This document shows positions 24,787 through 36,770 of a DNA stretch of 64,000 bases, one piece after another. Below the pieces are notes generated by a model. The model saw only the letters and a list, made by a program, of their open reading frames with translations. It was not told where the DNA came from and made no database searches. This stretch comes from Diadema antillarum. Lineage: Eukaryota. Every line of letters begins with the position of its first letter. Within the stretch, counting starts at the first letter, position 1. The stretch is taken from the NCBI RefSeq assembly GCF_040938485.1, contig NW_027271169.1:124001-188000 (forward strand), read 5' to 3'. The position numbers were made by a program, and so were the translations under genes.

Positions 24787-25878
24787 ATGAATACGACGTT
24801 TGCTACCAGCATCTTCGACCCTTATGACGACGTAGTATTGGTTATCGGTAATGGCATTTTGGCCTGTATAGTCGCCTTGATCACGATCACCGGCGTGCTC
24901 GGCAACAGTTTCGTCATCTTTCTCGTCTCCCTGTCCCGCCAGCTCCAGACAGTCACCAACGTCTTCGTGGTGAGTCTGACCCTCTCCGACCTGATCGGAT
25001 GCGGCATGCTGAGTCTTGAAATTGTGGCATTATTAAACCTGAATGGTTGGCCTTTGCCAGAATGGGTGTGTCAAATGACAGGTGGGGTATGCGTTATAGC
25101 GTTCATTGCGAGTGTCTCCCATCTTGCACTGATAAGCGTTGATCGATTCGTTCTCATTACCGGTCCGAAAACAAGATACATGCGTCTCTACAGCGGTAGA
25201 AATATCACAATGATGATAGCGCTTGCATGGCTGGCGCCGCTTTTGTCGATTGTCCTGCCAACGTCTCTAGGTTTTGGAAGCCTCGGGTACAATGCAAAAA
25301 ACTACTTTTGTGTGTACGACGGAACTAAATTACAGCTTCGGATGCTAAACGTCTTCGCAGCAGTAAGCTTTGCCATCGCTTTTTCCATCATTATATCATG
25401 CTATGTGCGGATCTACCTGTACGTAAGGAAGCAGCACCGCAACCTCCTGAAGTTTTACGAGGAGAAGTCCCACAAGTCTGCGGCGCCACACGAAAATGAT
25501 TCTTCTAATATGCGAATGACTATCGACAAACGTGAGATTGAAATCACAAAGAATCTTTTCTTTGTTGTTTGTGGATATTTTATCTGCGTCCTCCCGAATT
25601 CGCTGTGTGTAATGACAGAATCGTGCTATGTGAAATATTTCAAATTCACGGCCGTCGTGTACTCCATCAATTCCTGTATCAACCCCTTCATCTATTGTTT
25701 CAAACAGCCACTTTTCCGTCAAATCTCCCTCTGCGTATTCCGACGTCGGTGGTCAGAAATTCCCAAACCATCTCCATGGTTACGGCGCTTTGTGGATGCG
25801 GAAATTACAAAAGGAAGAACCCGAAGAACAGAAGCTCCAAATATGCCTACAATATCAGCAGCGATTCAGCATGTGTAG
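24787..25878 (+). CDS. Class A orphan GPCR, paralog 5, 363 aa
   Basis: Same 7TM motifs, intact ORF. Confidence 0.95.
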   Translation: MNTTFATSIFDPYDDVVLVIGNGILACIVALITITGVLGNSFVIFLVSLSRQLQTVTNVFVVSLTLSDLIGCGMLSLEIVALLNLNGWPLPEWVCQMTGGVCVIAFIASVSHLALISVDRFVLITGPKTRYMRLYSGRNITMMIALAWLAPLLSIVLPTSLGFGSLGYNAKNYFCVYDGTKLQLRMLNVFAAVSFAIAFSIIISCYVRIYLYVRKQHRNLLKFYEEKSHKSAAPHENDSSNMRMTIDKREIEITKNLFFVVCGYFICVLPNSLCVMTESCYVKYFKFTAVVYSINSCINPFIYCFKQPLFRQISLCVFRRRWSEIPKPSPWLRRFVDAEITKGRTRRTEAPNMPTISAAIQHV

Positions 25879-25937
25879 TTCATGGGAGCTCCTATTCGCT
25901 CAGGAGCTCATAGGCGCATGCCGAGCGCAGGAATCAG

Positions 25938-26319
25938 GGCCTCGTTTTATAAAACTTGTTGATCGCATAGTGGATAAGACTCCCGACTCCCGATCACCAA
26001 TCGGAAGACCCGAGTTCGAATCCCTCCCAGTGCTTTCGTTCTCGGACGAGATGTTTTTACCCACCATGTCCCTCTCGACCCAGGTGTATTTTAGATACCT
26101 GGTGACGCTAGGGTAATAATAACAGCAGGGCCCTCTGGTAAAGCAGTGGCAACACTGAAGAGGCTACCCCGGGTAATTAAGACCTTATCATATCATATTA
26201 ATAACAAGTTACGATAGTTGTTATAAGCTACTGAAATCCTTGCATCTGACTGGCTGGGAGCAAATTTGTCATAGAAATGTGGCAGTTGCTACTGATAACA
26301 AGTTTTATGAAACGGGACC
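25938..26319. mobile_element. Harbinger-like MITE (CAG TSD) containing a nested SINE
   Basis: TIRs GGCCTCGTTTTATAAAACTTGTT / AACAAGTTTTATGAAACGGGACC, with CAG at 25935-37 and 26320-22. Confidence 0.75.
25961..26198 (+). mobile_element. tRNA-derived SINE
   Basis: A-box-like CGCATAGTGG, B box GAGTTCGAATCC, central ccctctcgacccaggtgta motif, short-repeat tail tatcatatcata. Confidence 0.75.
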
Positions 26320-26480
26320 CAGGTTCAAATGACTATAATATGTTCTAGGAATTTTGTTGCTTAAAATGTGGTCGTGCTCTTGCAAATCTTTGTGAATAAC
26401 AAGATTTTAAAAGAAAATGAAATCTAAGAAACAGGTGAAGAGTTTGATCGAGAGACGGGTTAAGCGCCATTCTTGAACAC

Positions 26481-26684
26481 AGTGGAAATTTTCGCGGTGT
26501 TGTAATTTTCGCGCATTTCGCGCAGCCCGAAAGTAGCGCGAAAATAAAAGCACGCGAATATTTTTGCTTGCCATTTATGTTCTTGTACTTACTGTCTTGA
26601 TTCCGCGGAATTAAAAACACGGGAAATTCTTCTCACCGGGCCAAGCGCGAAAAATTAGTCGCGCGAAAATATCCACTTTTACAG
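26481..26684. mobile_element. Small MITE, left end truncated
   Basis: AGTGGAAATTTTCGCG...CGCGAAAATATCCACTTTTACAG inverted ends and internal CGCGAAA repeats. Confidence 0.6.
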
Positions 26685-27270
26685 CATAATAATGAAAAGG
26701 AAGTCCATCATTAGGTAGAGGAAACTAAAACCTTTGGATGGCACCTCTCCTATCACATGTCATGTATGCAATAGTTGACGTTTCCAGGAACATTCTTGAA
26801 GCTATGATTAAAAGATATCTTCTGTCATTTTTTGTTTTCCCTGTTGTTTTTTTAAACAGATTTCATCTCAAATATCTCAAATTGACAAGAATGGAGTCTT
26901 TTTGCAATCAAACTGTTCATATTCTCACTTTATGGAGGTAATCACACTGAAACACTAATCTCACTTTTATGATATTTATTCAACAAAACAGTATGCTTCC
27001 TCGTTTTGACATTTGCAAACATTGAGGAAATCTTATTTACATCTAGTTTTGAATCTGAGATTTATGCTTCGATAGGTATTTGGATGATTTATCAACGTCA
27101 AATTTGACTCATGATAAAGCAAGCTGTAGTCAATCTTCATACAACAGTCACGACAGTGTGTAATATCATTTTGTCTATCGCCTTTGGTTGATATGGACTC
27201 TGTGTTACCAATGTTATGTAAATGAGAATTTTCTACCGGGAACGCTTCATTCGTAAACCCGTTGAATCAC

Positions 27271-27321
<51 letters not shown>

Positions 27322-27324
<3 letters not shown>

Positions 27325-27983
27325 CCGTGCATCTCGAAACAAACAAAAAGTCGCACCCCTTGATTTTCCATGAGGGCTCAAGAAAGGTGAAACTGGTCAA
27401 CCAAGTCAATTCTAAGTTTTCCATATTTTCTGAAAGAGCTATTCTTCTTCTACATTATTCTTGAATTTGGGATCATAAATTGAACGGGAAAGTGGGTTTT
27501 CAGCAGTTTTTCTACAACCCTTTTTGGTAGAGCAGTGTGATCAGGTTTTTCTTAGAGGTCCCTTCTCATTTCTTGAAAATCCTTTGCACACTCTTCACTT
27601 AAGTCAACTGTAATAACTCTTGAAGGGATGATGCTACTGCTTTGAAAGTTTACATTTATTGTGAACAAAATGTGTTTTTGTTTTCAACTTAATCTAATAA
27701 TCCCTTCATTGTTGTTGCTACAGTGGTTTACATCATTTTTTTTGTCCCATTCATGGCACAGGTAGCACGGCTTAGTAAAGATTAAGCACTTGAATAGACC
27801 CTATGCTTCACAGCCTCTTTTCTCAGTTCAAACTTTTCCAGAGTGTAGACTTTCTTTCCAATATTTATATAGGTTTGGAAAATCCATTTGAGTCATTTTA
27901 AAGCTTAGAGTCTGCCCTTTTAGAATCTGCCCTTAACTGAAAATCCATTTCTGGCGACTTTTTGTTGGTTTTGTGGTACAGGG

Positions 27984-27986
<3 letters not shown>
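27322..27986 (+). mobile_element. TIR element inserted in a (TA)n microsatellite
   Basis: Ends tgaccgtgcatctcgaaacaaacaaaaagtcgc / gcgactttttgttggttttgtggtacagggtca, with (TA)n on both sides. Same family as 51911-52600. Confidence 0.75.
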
Positions 27987-28027
<41 letters not shown>

Positions 28028-30179
28028 ATAATAATTGCAATTTGTAAATGTTATAAGAAATGGCAGAATGATGTTATCGTCTTTTGTTGGTTACAGCTCG
28101 TTAATCAGAAAATGAAAGAGTGTTCGCTGCTCCAAAAACAAACAAACAAAAAGTTTTGTTAATGAGAAATGTGTACACGGTGTAATGATAGTAGGATACT
28201 ACGTATCAAATTATCAGTATATAATCCTTATGATAGTGTCAGGGGACGATAATTCATGAGTTTGCATTTCGCAAAATACATAATTTTCCACATATACAAT
28301 GGCGTAAAGAGGTTTCCGACTCAGAAAGTTTTTTTTTTCTTATGGAGAGTGGAAGGACATGGATCAGAAGTTGCTCGTATCCTTCATACCACCACTAGTA
28401 ATGATGATAATATTTACAGAAATAATTACGATAATGATTGTACAACGATAATCATCATAATGATTACAATAATTATGATTGTCAGCTTAAAAGTGATTAT
28501 GGGATCGGTAAAAAGTAAAACATTTTGACTTGTTTCACCGAAAAGTCATTTCAACATCCCGTAAAATTGCTGTGTGCCCATAAACCCCATCCTTCCTCCT
28601 GCTCATCTGCATTCCAACAACTTCACGTGTGAATTTCAGCACAACCATTTTCAATTTTCAATAATTTTCAGGAAAGGCAAAGTTCACTTTTGACAGTGGG
28701 ATACCTATAGGCATTACTTATAACTTTCTACGAACACACACGCGCACACATATTCATGACACTCATACACAAATGCCCACATTTATTATTACTGAAAAAA
28801 AATGAAAACTTGAAAAAAAAAACAAAACTATCGTGATTTGTTGATATCATTGTTGTTTTATTGATGAAATTAATTGGAGTATATGCTCTCCTCCAGCTCC
28901 CATTCTTCTCACTCATCACCCCCTTCCCACCCCCCCCCCCTTCACCATCACGATGAAACATGCGTGAAGAAAAGAATGTTCCAGAGGACCACTCAGAGGC
29001 CGTTTCGGATAAACGAACCCTATTTCATTTTCAGTGTACCGAGCATTACTTCACATTCGGAAATATGAAACTTTGGGAAAACGAAGTTTCGGAATAAATA
29101 ACCATCAAGCCTATTTGGTAATGTGAATATGAAACTATAGAATCATTAAAATCGCTAAAGTGTTATCAGTTTGCCAGCCTTTCAGTTGTACATTAGTAAG
29201 TTATGTAGATTTATGAAGATGAGAGACGTGGTGTACCGTCATGAAGTCAAATATAACATTTGTGGTTAATGTGCTAGCTGGTGTTTTAGACAGACTTGTA
29301 TTTCATTTTGAATATTGGCCCGGAAGCATCAGACCAACGATAATAAACGATTTCATCGAGTGTCGCTTTAACATCAATGTATAAGTAGTAGTCATCCACA
29401 TTACTTGCACGTTAACTGCTCATTCTAGCAGACATTATTAACCTTGAACTGCTTAAAGCTGCATTATACTTAATAGAGTAGGTAGACCTTCCAGTTGAAG
29501 GTATCATCATACTTATGCAGTCTGTTATCGATGTTTTTTTTTTTTTGTATGAAAAGCGTATAAAACAATTGTTCTATTTCTTTCTTTGACATATACTCTC
29601 ATTGTATACTTGGTGTATGATTGGTTATTATGGTGTAACCATAGTCTCAATAAATTTCATGGAAACATGCCGGGCAGAAGACAACTATTATTTCTTCGTT
29701 TACTTAAAATAATGAAACGTTTCATCTTATGACTCTTAAAGCGTGAGTCACTGAAACAAGTTTGTAATCTCAAAAGACACGATAATGTCGGATATTAGCG
29801 TTGTCAACGAAAAAAAAAAGTTTTTCCAATCAAATGTTCCTTGTACATATGCAATTCTGCTGTCAATCTATAAAGTTTAGATAACAATATTCAAAGGTAG
29901 GAATAGAATATATGCGTCAACACTTACATCATACAGTATGAGAGGTTACTTCAATTTTTGTGCTACTTTTTTCAGGAATACATTCATTATACAAACGAAA
30001 ATAAAATGATAATAATATAAAGCTTTTAGTAACATAAACTTTTCTAAGACAAATCAAATAATATAAACATCCAATGTATCATTGAATTATACAATAAACA
30101 GTATTTCTCTTTCATAACATAGCTGAATACTGTTGCTGGGGCCCTCAAAATGGGTGCTCGTCACCAGTTCAAACCTGCA

Positions 30180-30468
30180 AGTCATACAGCCCACGAGTCA
30201 TACAGCCCCTGAGTCATACAGCACAGTACTACGGGTCATAGAGCTCATGAGTTCGACACTAGGCAAACAAGGATCTTGAGTCTGACACCAGGTAAAAAGC
30301 CCATGAATTCGCCATTAAGCAAAAAAGACTTATGAGAACGACACATTAAGCTAAGCATCGTTATGTAATATCGGTCTCGTGGGCCTTGTTTGCCTATTGT
30401 AGGACTCATGGGCCTTATTTACCTGTACTGTATACCTCATGGGTTGTATGACTCGATGGCTGTATGAA
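30180..30468. repeat. MITE-like repeat with subterminal gagtcatacagcc motifs
   Basis: Three gtcatacagc copies on the left and inverted ggctgtatga / ttgtatgactc copies on the right. Confidence 0.45.
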
Positions 30469-30967
30469 AAATGTATGAATCATTGACATTTTTTTTTTTT
30501 AATGTCGAACTGGTGGGTGTCGGTCTCGGGGGATGACCCCGTCAAAATGAACATACATTATGATATTTGATGAAATAGCAGGCCTATATCCTCATTACAA
30601 AACAACCAATGTTCTCTCGTATTTACACACAAAAAAGTGGAAAAATGCAAGTCTACTTTGCAGTGGTGAGTGAATAGGAAATCAACTCTTTTGATTTTAC
30701 TGAAAGGAGAATAATTAATGATTAATGTTTTATGCTTAAAATGATTAAATGATTTAGATGACTGCATTCGTTTCTGTGGTTTTGTTGAAATTACACTATA
30801 TTTCAAACTCTTTTGGGGACTAATTCACAATACCTTGCACTTATTTGATGAGAACATTAAACGTTAAACACATACAGGATCGACAAACGCATAACACATG
30901 CTCACACACAAAGCTATACGTGACTATTTCTTGTCCTTGAGTGCGTGAGAATAGACATGACGACGAT

Positions 30968-31097
30968 TAGCCTTTTCACAAGGCCTCGTGGCTGAAGACT
31001 GAGACTAACTCGCCACACCGAGCACTGCGAGAAACGGGTTCACCCGTTCTCTCGCAGGTCGTCTCTTTTTCAGCCACGAGACCTTGCCAAAAGGCTA
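30968..31097. mobile_element. Small palindromic MITE-like element
   Basis: TAGCCTTTTCACAAGGCCTCGTGGCTGAA / TTCAGCCACGAGACCTTGCCAAAAGGCTA ends plus an internal hairpin. Confidence 0.6.
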
Positions 31098-31427
31098 GTT
31101 GACGATTGGATAAATGGCATTAAGTTCAAAGTAAATATCAGAGATTCTCACTTTTAGTATTTCTAACCGAGAAGGTGATTGTGTACTCCTCTCCTCCCCC
31201 TTCTCTATCCATCTATCTATCTATCTAGTTCACACTGTATCTATTCTTAGCTTGAATACCTCTTTTTTTATTTCTTTCTTTGTGGGGGTTGATTGTGTTG
31301 TGCAGATGGCGTGATTTTTTTTTTCGCAGATGACCTCCGAGGGCGATAGGGGGTTGGTTGTTGCTGGCATTACATCAGTAAAAAAAAGAAATGTGCTCAA
31401 AAGAATTATAGCACTTATTCAAATTTA

Positions 31428-31616
31428 TGCGTCACCACAAACAGCCAATTAATTGTCAGAAGATCACTCTACGTAGCTGAGAGCGGAAGCTTTCCTCTCC
31501 ATAATGATCCTCAGAATCGCAGTAAAGTCACTCATTCCGTAAGTCAGCCCGATCAGGCTTGGTACCGGAGAAGAACCTTCTGCAGCACAGCTTTCAAAAT
31601 TCTGAATAAACACGAG
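31428..31616 (+). promoter_or_regulatory. Probable promoter and non-coding exon 1 of paralog 6 (intron 31617-34435)
   Basis: tgcgtcac..aacagCCAAT motif (31428-31449) matches the other units. Donor ag|GTAAGA lies 172 nt after CCAAT (175-192 in the others). No clear TATA. Confidence 0.5.
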
Positions 31617-32477
31617 GTAAGATCATCCTATTTTCTCCTGACGACGTAGCTATCGTTCTTTTGATGAAGCTGTATCGATCACATTTATTTCGCTTTAATA
31701 AACCTAATAGATTTCATTTTATTTCATTTCATTTCATTTTATTTCATTTTTGACAATAGCAAAAAAAAAAAAAAACCAATATGAAATTTGGAGGTTTGGA
31801 GTACAGATATCCGGATGACCTTTATGCATTATATTGTTACGTAATCCCATTGAGTTCTATGAGCTAACTGGTTCAGGTATTAAACTCAAGGGTTTTCCTC
31901 ACTGAAAATGACGTTAAATATCCTATTCGAAACAGAAATCACTACAAATACATTGGCAAATACACCATTTCCATAACTTTTCTCAACTTCAGCTCTTGGC
32001 AGATGAAAAACGTGTTCCATAGATTCCTTAGGCATAAGGCCCATATGGCCATTAAAAATGATTACTTGATAGCATTTGTATATCGTCCTAGATCACAGAG
32101 CGTGATATCCTCAAAATTCAACATTTACTCAAGGTATGTTGAATATCACAAATGACAAATCAAGTTTATTTGGGTATGCAATACCACTCAACGAAACGTG
32201 TATTGAATTACAAAATTGGTAGATAGCACAATATTACACATAGTGTTTTAGGTAATTGTACTAAATAAAGTAAATAAGATTAATTAATCTTTAAATTTTC
32301 AGTAAAATCTCTCATAGAATAATGATGGATCATACCGATACGAATAACAATCGCTATGGACTGAATGACATTCAGAGTTTGGACTGTTCTCCTCCTAATA
32401 TTTAGTGTAATCTTGACCGCATAATAAATCATTGTCTGAAAATTAATGGAAAATGATGTCACGAACCTACATCCTTC

Positions 32478-33881
32478 TGGATGATGTTCGTTATTCCGAA
32501 GGTTTATTTATTCTGAAGATTTGTTTAATCCGGAAATGATACAAAGTTCTATAATCCGAAAATAAAAATGAAGTGCTTTCTAAGGAACGTTCGGAATTAC
32601 GAACAATATTTCATTTACAGATTAATGAACCTTCTTAATACCGAACCTTATTTTATTTTCGGAATCATGAACTTCTTAAAAGGGGATTATTACTAACTCT
32701 TCTATGGGCTTGTCCACACAATTTCACAAGTAATCTTTTTCCCCCTTATGTTAGTGCAACACAACTAAAATCTGATAAGGAGGATTAAATCAAAATTCAC
32801 AAATGAAAAACTGTGAGAAATTGATATCGTCACCTTATAAAAAAAGACGGAATTTGTGCTTCTTACATAATATCAACACTGCCTTGCAATACCTTGCAAA
32901 GTATGCGTTGCTTTTCTCATTTTATATTCTTTCCTACAGATATTTTGTGTTATAATTTGTACGTAGTATAAATTGTTAAAACAAACATTATTTGTCCAAT
33001 GTGTACTGGTATTATACATTGCGATTTAGTTGGTTGAAATGGAATAATCAATCTGGAACTATAATTGAAAAATCATTGCTTCGTTGAAACATGACAAACT
33101 AGAGTTTGGCAACTTTCCTATCTTGGGTGCAATTTTGATGAAATCGCGACCAGTCTGTACATACCATATTTATGAATGTCTTAATGAGGTTGGTGTGCAT
33201 TTTCACTATAGTAAAGTGGTCTTTTTAGAAGGCTTCTTTGAAAAAGCATAGAGGGTGTTATTCTAAGTTTTCGAACAATTTCTTTCCATATAATTTTCAG
33301 TTCTCACATGACATTGTAATGGCACAAATACAATCGCTACACTGCATCTGATATGACTTATCTGTTTTGAGTTTGTAATTATACACCATAACATGAAATT
33401 TACAAGCATAATAGTCAATGTAGTAACGTACTTCTATGTATGCAATCCTTCTGTATATCTGGTTACAGTTCATTATTCGAGAATGGTCCGTTATTCCGAA
33501 GTATCTTAATCCGAAAATGAAAAAAAAAATCCTTAATCTGAAATGAAGTTCTTGATTCCTAAGGTTTCTCAGTATGACCTTTTCGCTTTTGGATTTACGA
33601 ACCTCATTTCATTTTCGGATCAACGAACCTTCGAAACAATTTCATTTTCGGATTTGAAACTTTGAAATAACGTCTCAAATGTTCAGATTAACGAACCTTA
33701 TTTCATGTGTTTTGTTTTGTTTTGTTTTGTTTTTTTTTGCGGGGGGTATAGATTAACGAAATAGTAGGTAGGTCTACAGGGAATTTGTGTGTTTGGAATA
33801 CTTCAGAATAACGAACCGTATACTGAGTAGGCCTATTCCTTTTTTTTTATGAAAGAACCTTCGAAATAGCGAACATCCCCC
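32478..33881. repeat. Two copies (32478-32672, 33466-33881) of a repeat built from TTCGGAATAACGAACC-type motifs
   Basis: Repeated ttattccgaa / ttcggaataacgaac motifs; a further fragment lies at about 29000-29100. Confidence 0.55.
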
Positions 33882-34436
33882 GTATATCTGGGATTAATTG
33901 ATTACAGATCTTAATCCGTATTTTTGATATTTTACCAATTGCCCACTGGGTGTCTTAGATGTACTATGAAGTAGCACGTCTTAACGCTAACCGGATATGA
34001 CGTTGTCCAAGCTCCTAGAGAATTGAATGACTACTGTATCATTAGACGTATTATTATGATTCATTCGCTGTTTGACAGACCACTACATAGGTCAATGATG
34101 AAACTGAAGAAAGAATAAATCCATGGCTATATTAGCAGGCCTACATGCACTGGATTTCTGCGCGTTATTTCTGGGACAGACACAGGACAGTTATGGTCTT
34201 TGGACATGGAAAACTTTGTCCTTATCGTCTGACCTTCAACAATATTCAAGAACAAAGTGATCTTTCGAACCGTGCAGTTGGACAATGTTAATATTATAAA
34301 TATTATATAATATTATAGGAAATGTATGAGCTAGACATGGACGAAAAGGGAAACCACCTAAAATAAGTGATGATGTTAAAACATGTATTCGTCCTCATGT
34401 TGGTGTGTTGTTGTTGTTTCTTTTTTACATCTTAGA

Positions 34437-35540
34437 ATGTCTTCGTCAGCAATGAACATCACGTCAATCAAGGACCTGGTTAATCCGTATGCTGACGAAA
34501 CTTTGGTTATTACCAACACCGTTCTGGCCTCCATCATCTGCCTCATCACCATCATTGGCGTGCTCGGCAACAGTTTCGTCATCCTGCTCGTCTCATTGTC
34601 ACGCCAGCTCCAGACAGTCACCAACGTCTTTGTGGTGAGTCTGACCACCTCCGACCTGATTGGGTGTGGCATGCAGAGTCTGCAGGCAGTGGCGCTCTTA
34701 CACTTGAAAGGTTGGCCTCTACCAGAATGGGCGTGTCAAATGACAGGTGGTATCTGCATCATTGCGTTCGTTGCTAGCATCCTCCATTTAGCCCTAATCA
34801 GCATCGATCGATTCGTGCTAATCACCTATCCGAAGATCAAGTACATGCAAATATACACATACAGAAACATCGCTATCATGATTACGTTAGCCTGGCTGGC
34901 GCCAATGTTGATGATCGTCCTGCCACCGACACTCGGGTTCGGACGCCTTGGTTACAACGCAGATAACTTTTTCTGCATCTTTGATGGCACGGAGCTACAG
35001 CTGAAAATCGTGCATATCTTTGAAGAAATCCTCTTTGGAATCACATTTACTATTATAATATCTTGTTACCTCAAGATTTTCTTTTTCGTTCGAAAGCATC
35101 ATCACAATCTATTACAATTCTACAAGGTAGATTCAGGGAATTTGAAGGCAACTCATGAGAACGAAATAGCAATGCAGAAAGCTATCGATAAGCGAGAGAT
35201 CGATATCACCAAGAATCTCTTCATTGTCGTCTGCGGATTTTTCACTTGCATTCTGCCCAACACGCTGTGTGTTACGACAGAAAAGTGTTATGTAAAATAT
35301 TTCAAGTTCACCGCCGTCGTATTTTCCATGAATTCCTGCATCAACCCGTTCATCTACTGCTTCAAACAGCCACTTTTCCGTAAAATTTCTCTATGTGTGT
35401 TAACCCGTAGATGGGCTGACATTCCTAAACCAGCACCTTGGATGCAACGTTTTCTAAATAAGACGAGTGAGAAAGGACATGATCCGTGTAATACTGTTTC
35501 TGGAACGATTGCTCACTCATCATCGGTACAAGCCTTGTGA
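34437..35540 (+). CDS. Class A orphan GPCR, paralog 6 (divergent), 367 aa
   Basis: Same 7TM motifs. Polypyrimidine tract and acceptor tttttacatcttAG (34435) directly precede aATG at 34437; the ORF-track N-terminal 18 aa are intronic. Confidence 0.93.
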   Translation: MSSSAMNITSIKDLVNPYADETLVITNTVLASIICLITIIGVLGNSFVILLVSLSRQLQTVTNVFVVSLTTSDLIGCGMQSLQAVALLHLKGWPLPEWACQMTGGICIIAFVASILHLALISIDRFVLITYPKIKYMQIYTYRNIAIMITLAWLAPMLMIVLPPTLGFGRLGYNADNFFCIFDGTELQLKIVHIFEEILFGITFTIIISCYLKIFFFVRKHHHNLLQFYKVDSGNLKATHENEIAMQKAIDKREIDITKNLFIVVCGFFTCILPNTLCVTTEKCYVKYFKFTAVVFSMNSCINPFIYCFKQPLFRKISLCVLTRRWADIPKPAPWMQRFLNKTSEKGHDPCNTVSGTIAHSSSVQAL

Positions 35541-35652
35541 AAAATGCACTAACCACATCAACAGCATTGTCAAGCAAAATCGATCTAATAGATATTTGAG
35601 TACCTTTAATGTTTTTTTTTTCTCTCTCCCCTTCTCTCTTCTTAATTATATG

Positions 35653-35703
<51 letters not shown>

Positions 35704-36387
35704 ACATTGTCGGATGGGAATATTTATTAGAATGACTATGGTTGCGAGTGTAATGTCAATTTTACTCTCTCTTCATTATGATAATTACAATTGATTCCCC
35801 ACCAAATCTGTTTTATTTTGCTCTTTTTGCTACAAGATCTATAAGTTACGATGAGTCTTCATTGAGTGAGAGTAAAAAAAAGCATTTCAGAGTAAGAAAC
35901 CTAATGGGGATAAAACATGTAGAGTAATATCAATGTCAAAAAATGCGCATTCATTCGACAAAAGTGCGTAATATAATCAAGAGGAAAAATCCATTAGCTA
36001 AATGAAGTGATGCGTTCTTGTAAAATGAAGCTGCATAATATGGTTGATTGAAATTGACTTATACCACCAAAGTAATTGTCGTAATGTCTTCAATTTTATT
36101 TAACATAGTCTTTTAACTACACCCATACAAAGAAAGAGAATACATACGAAAATGATAGAAATATATAGATGTATTACCGCGTGCCTTTCCTCTATCTGGA
36201 AAGCGTTTTGTTTTTTGTTTTTTTTTTTCGTCAGGACACCTGCACAACGATGTAATTGGTCTAGGTTCATATTAACATTTTGTAACCATTTTCACGTTTC
36301 AATCCTGACCTTTATCAAAAATACAAACATTATATCTGTGTCTATGTTTTTGCGCTCGCACTGCCAATGGCTGCGACATAATCTTAA

Positions 36388-36770
36388 AGGGATCGTACAG
36401 TTTTGGTTGAGACCTAATTTCAGGTTTCTAACATTTTTTGGTGAGATAATAAGAAACCTCTTATGAAATATGAAAGAGCATGTAATTCTAGAAGGAATTC
36501 AATGTTTACTTCATGAAAATTGGTTTTGAAATGGCTGAGATATCCAAAAAAAGAGTAATTCTATTAAAGTTTGGGACCCACACTTTATTACGATCGCTTT
36601 GTTTTACTTTGTTTTTGGATGTTTCAGTCATTCCAAACCCGATTTGCATCAGATAAACTTCGAATTCCTCTTAAAATCGTATGCTCTGTGCTATTTCATA
36701 AGTGTTTTCTTGGTATCTCGCAAAAAGTTAAAAGCCCAATTCTCATCTCCACCAATACTATACCATCCCT
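36388..36770 (+). mobile_element. Kolobok-like MITE
   Basis: TTAA|AGGGATCGTACAG...CTATACCATCCCT|TTAA. Confidence 0.8.

Noticed and set aside
34383-34436. Extra hydrophobic N-terminus MYSSSCWCVVVVSFLHLR of gene 6 as a signal peptide
   Set aside because: It is the polypyrimidine tract and AG acceptor of the 5'UTR intron.
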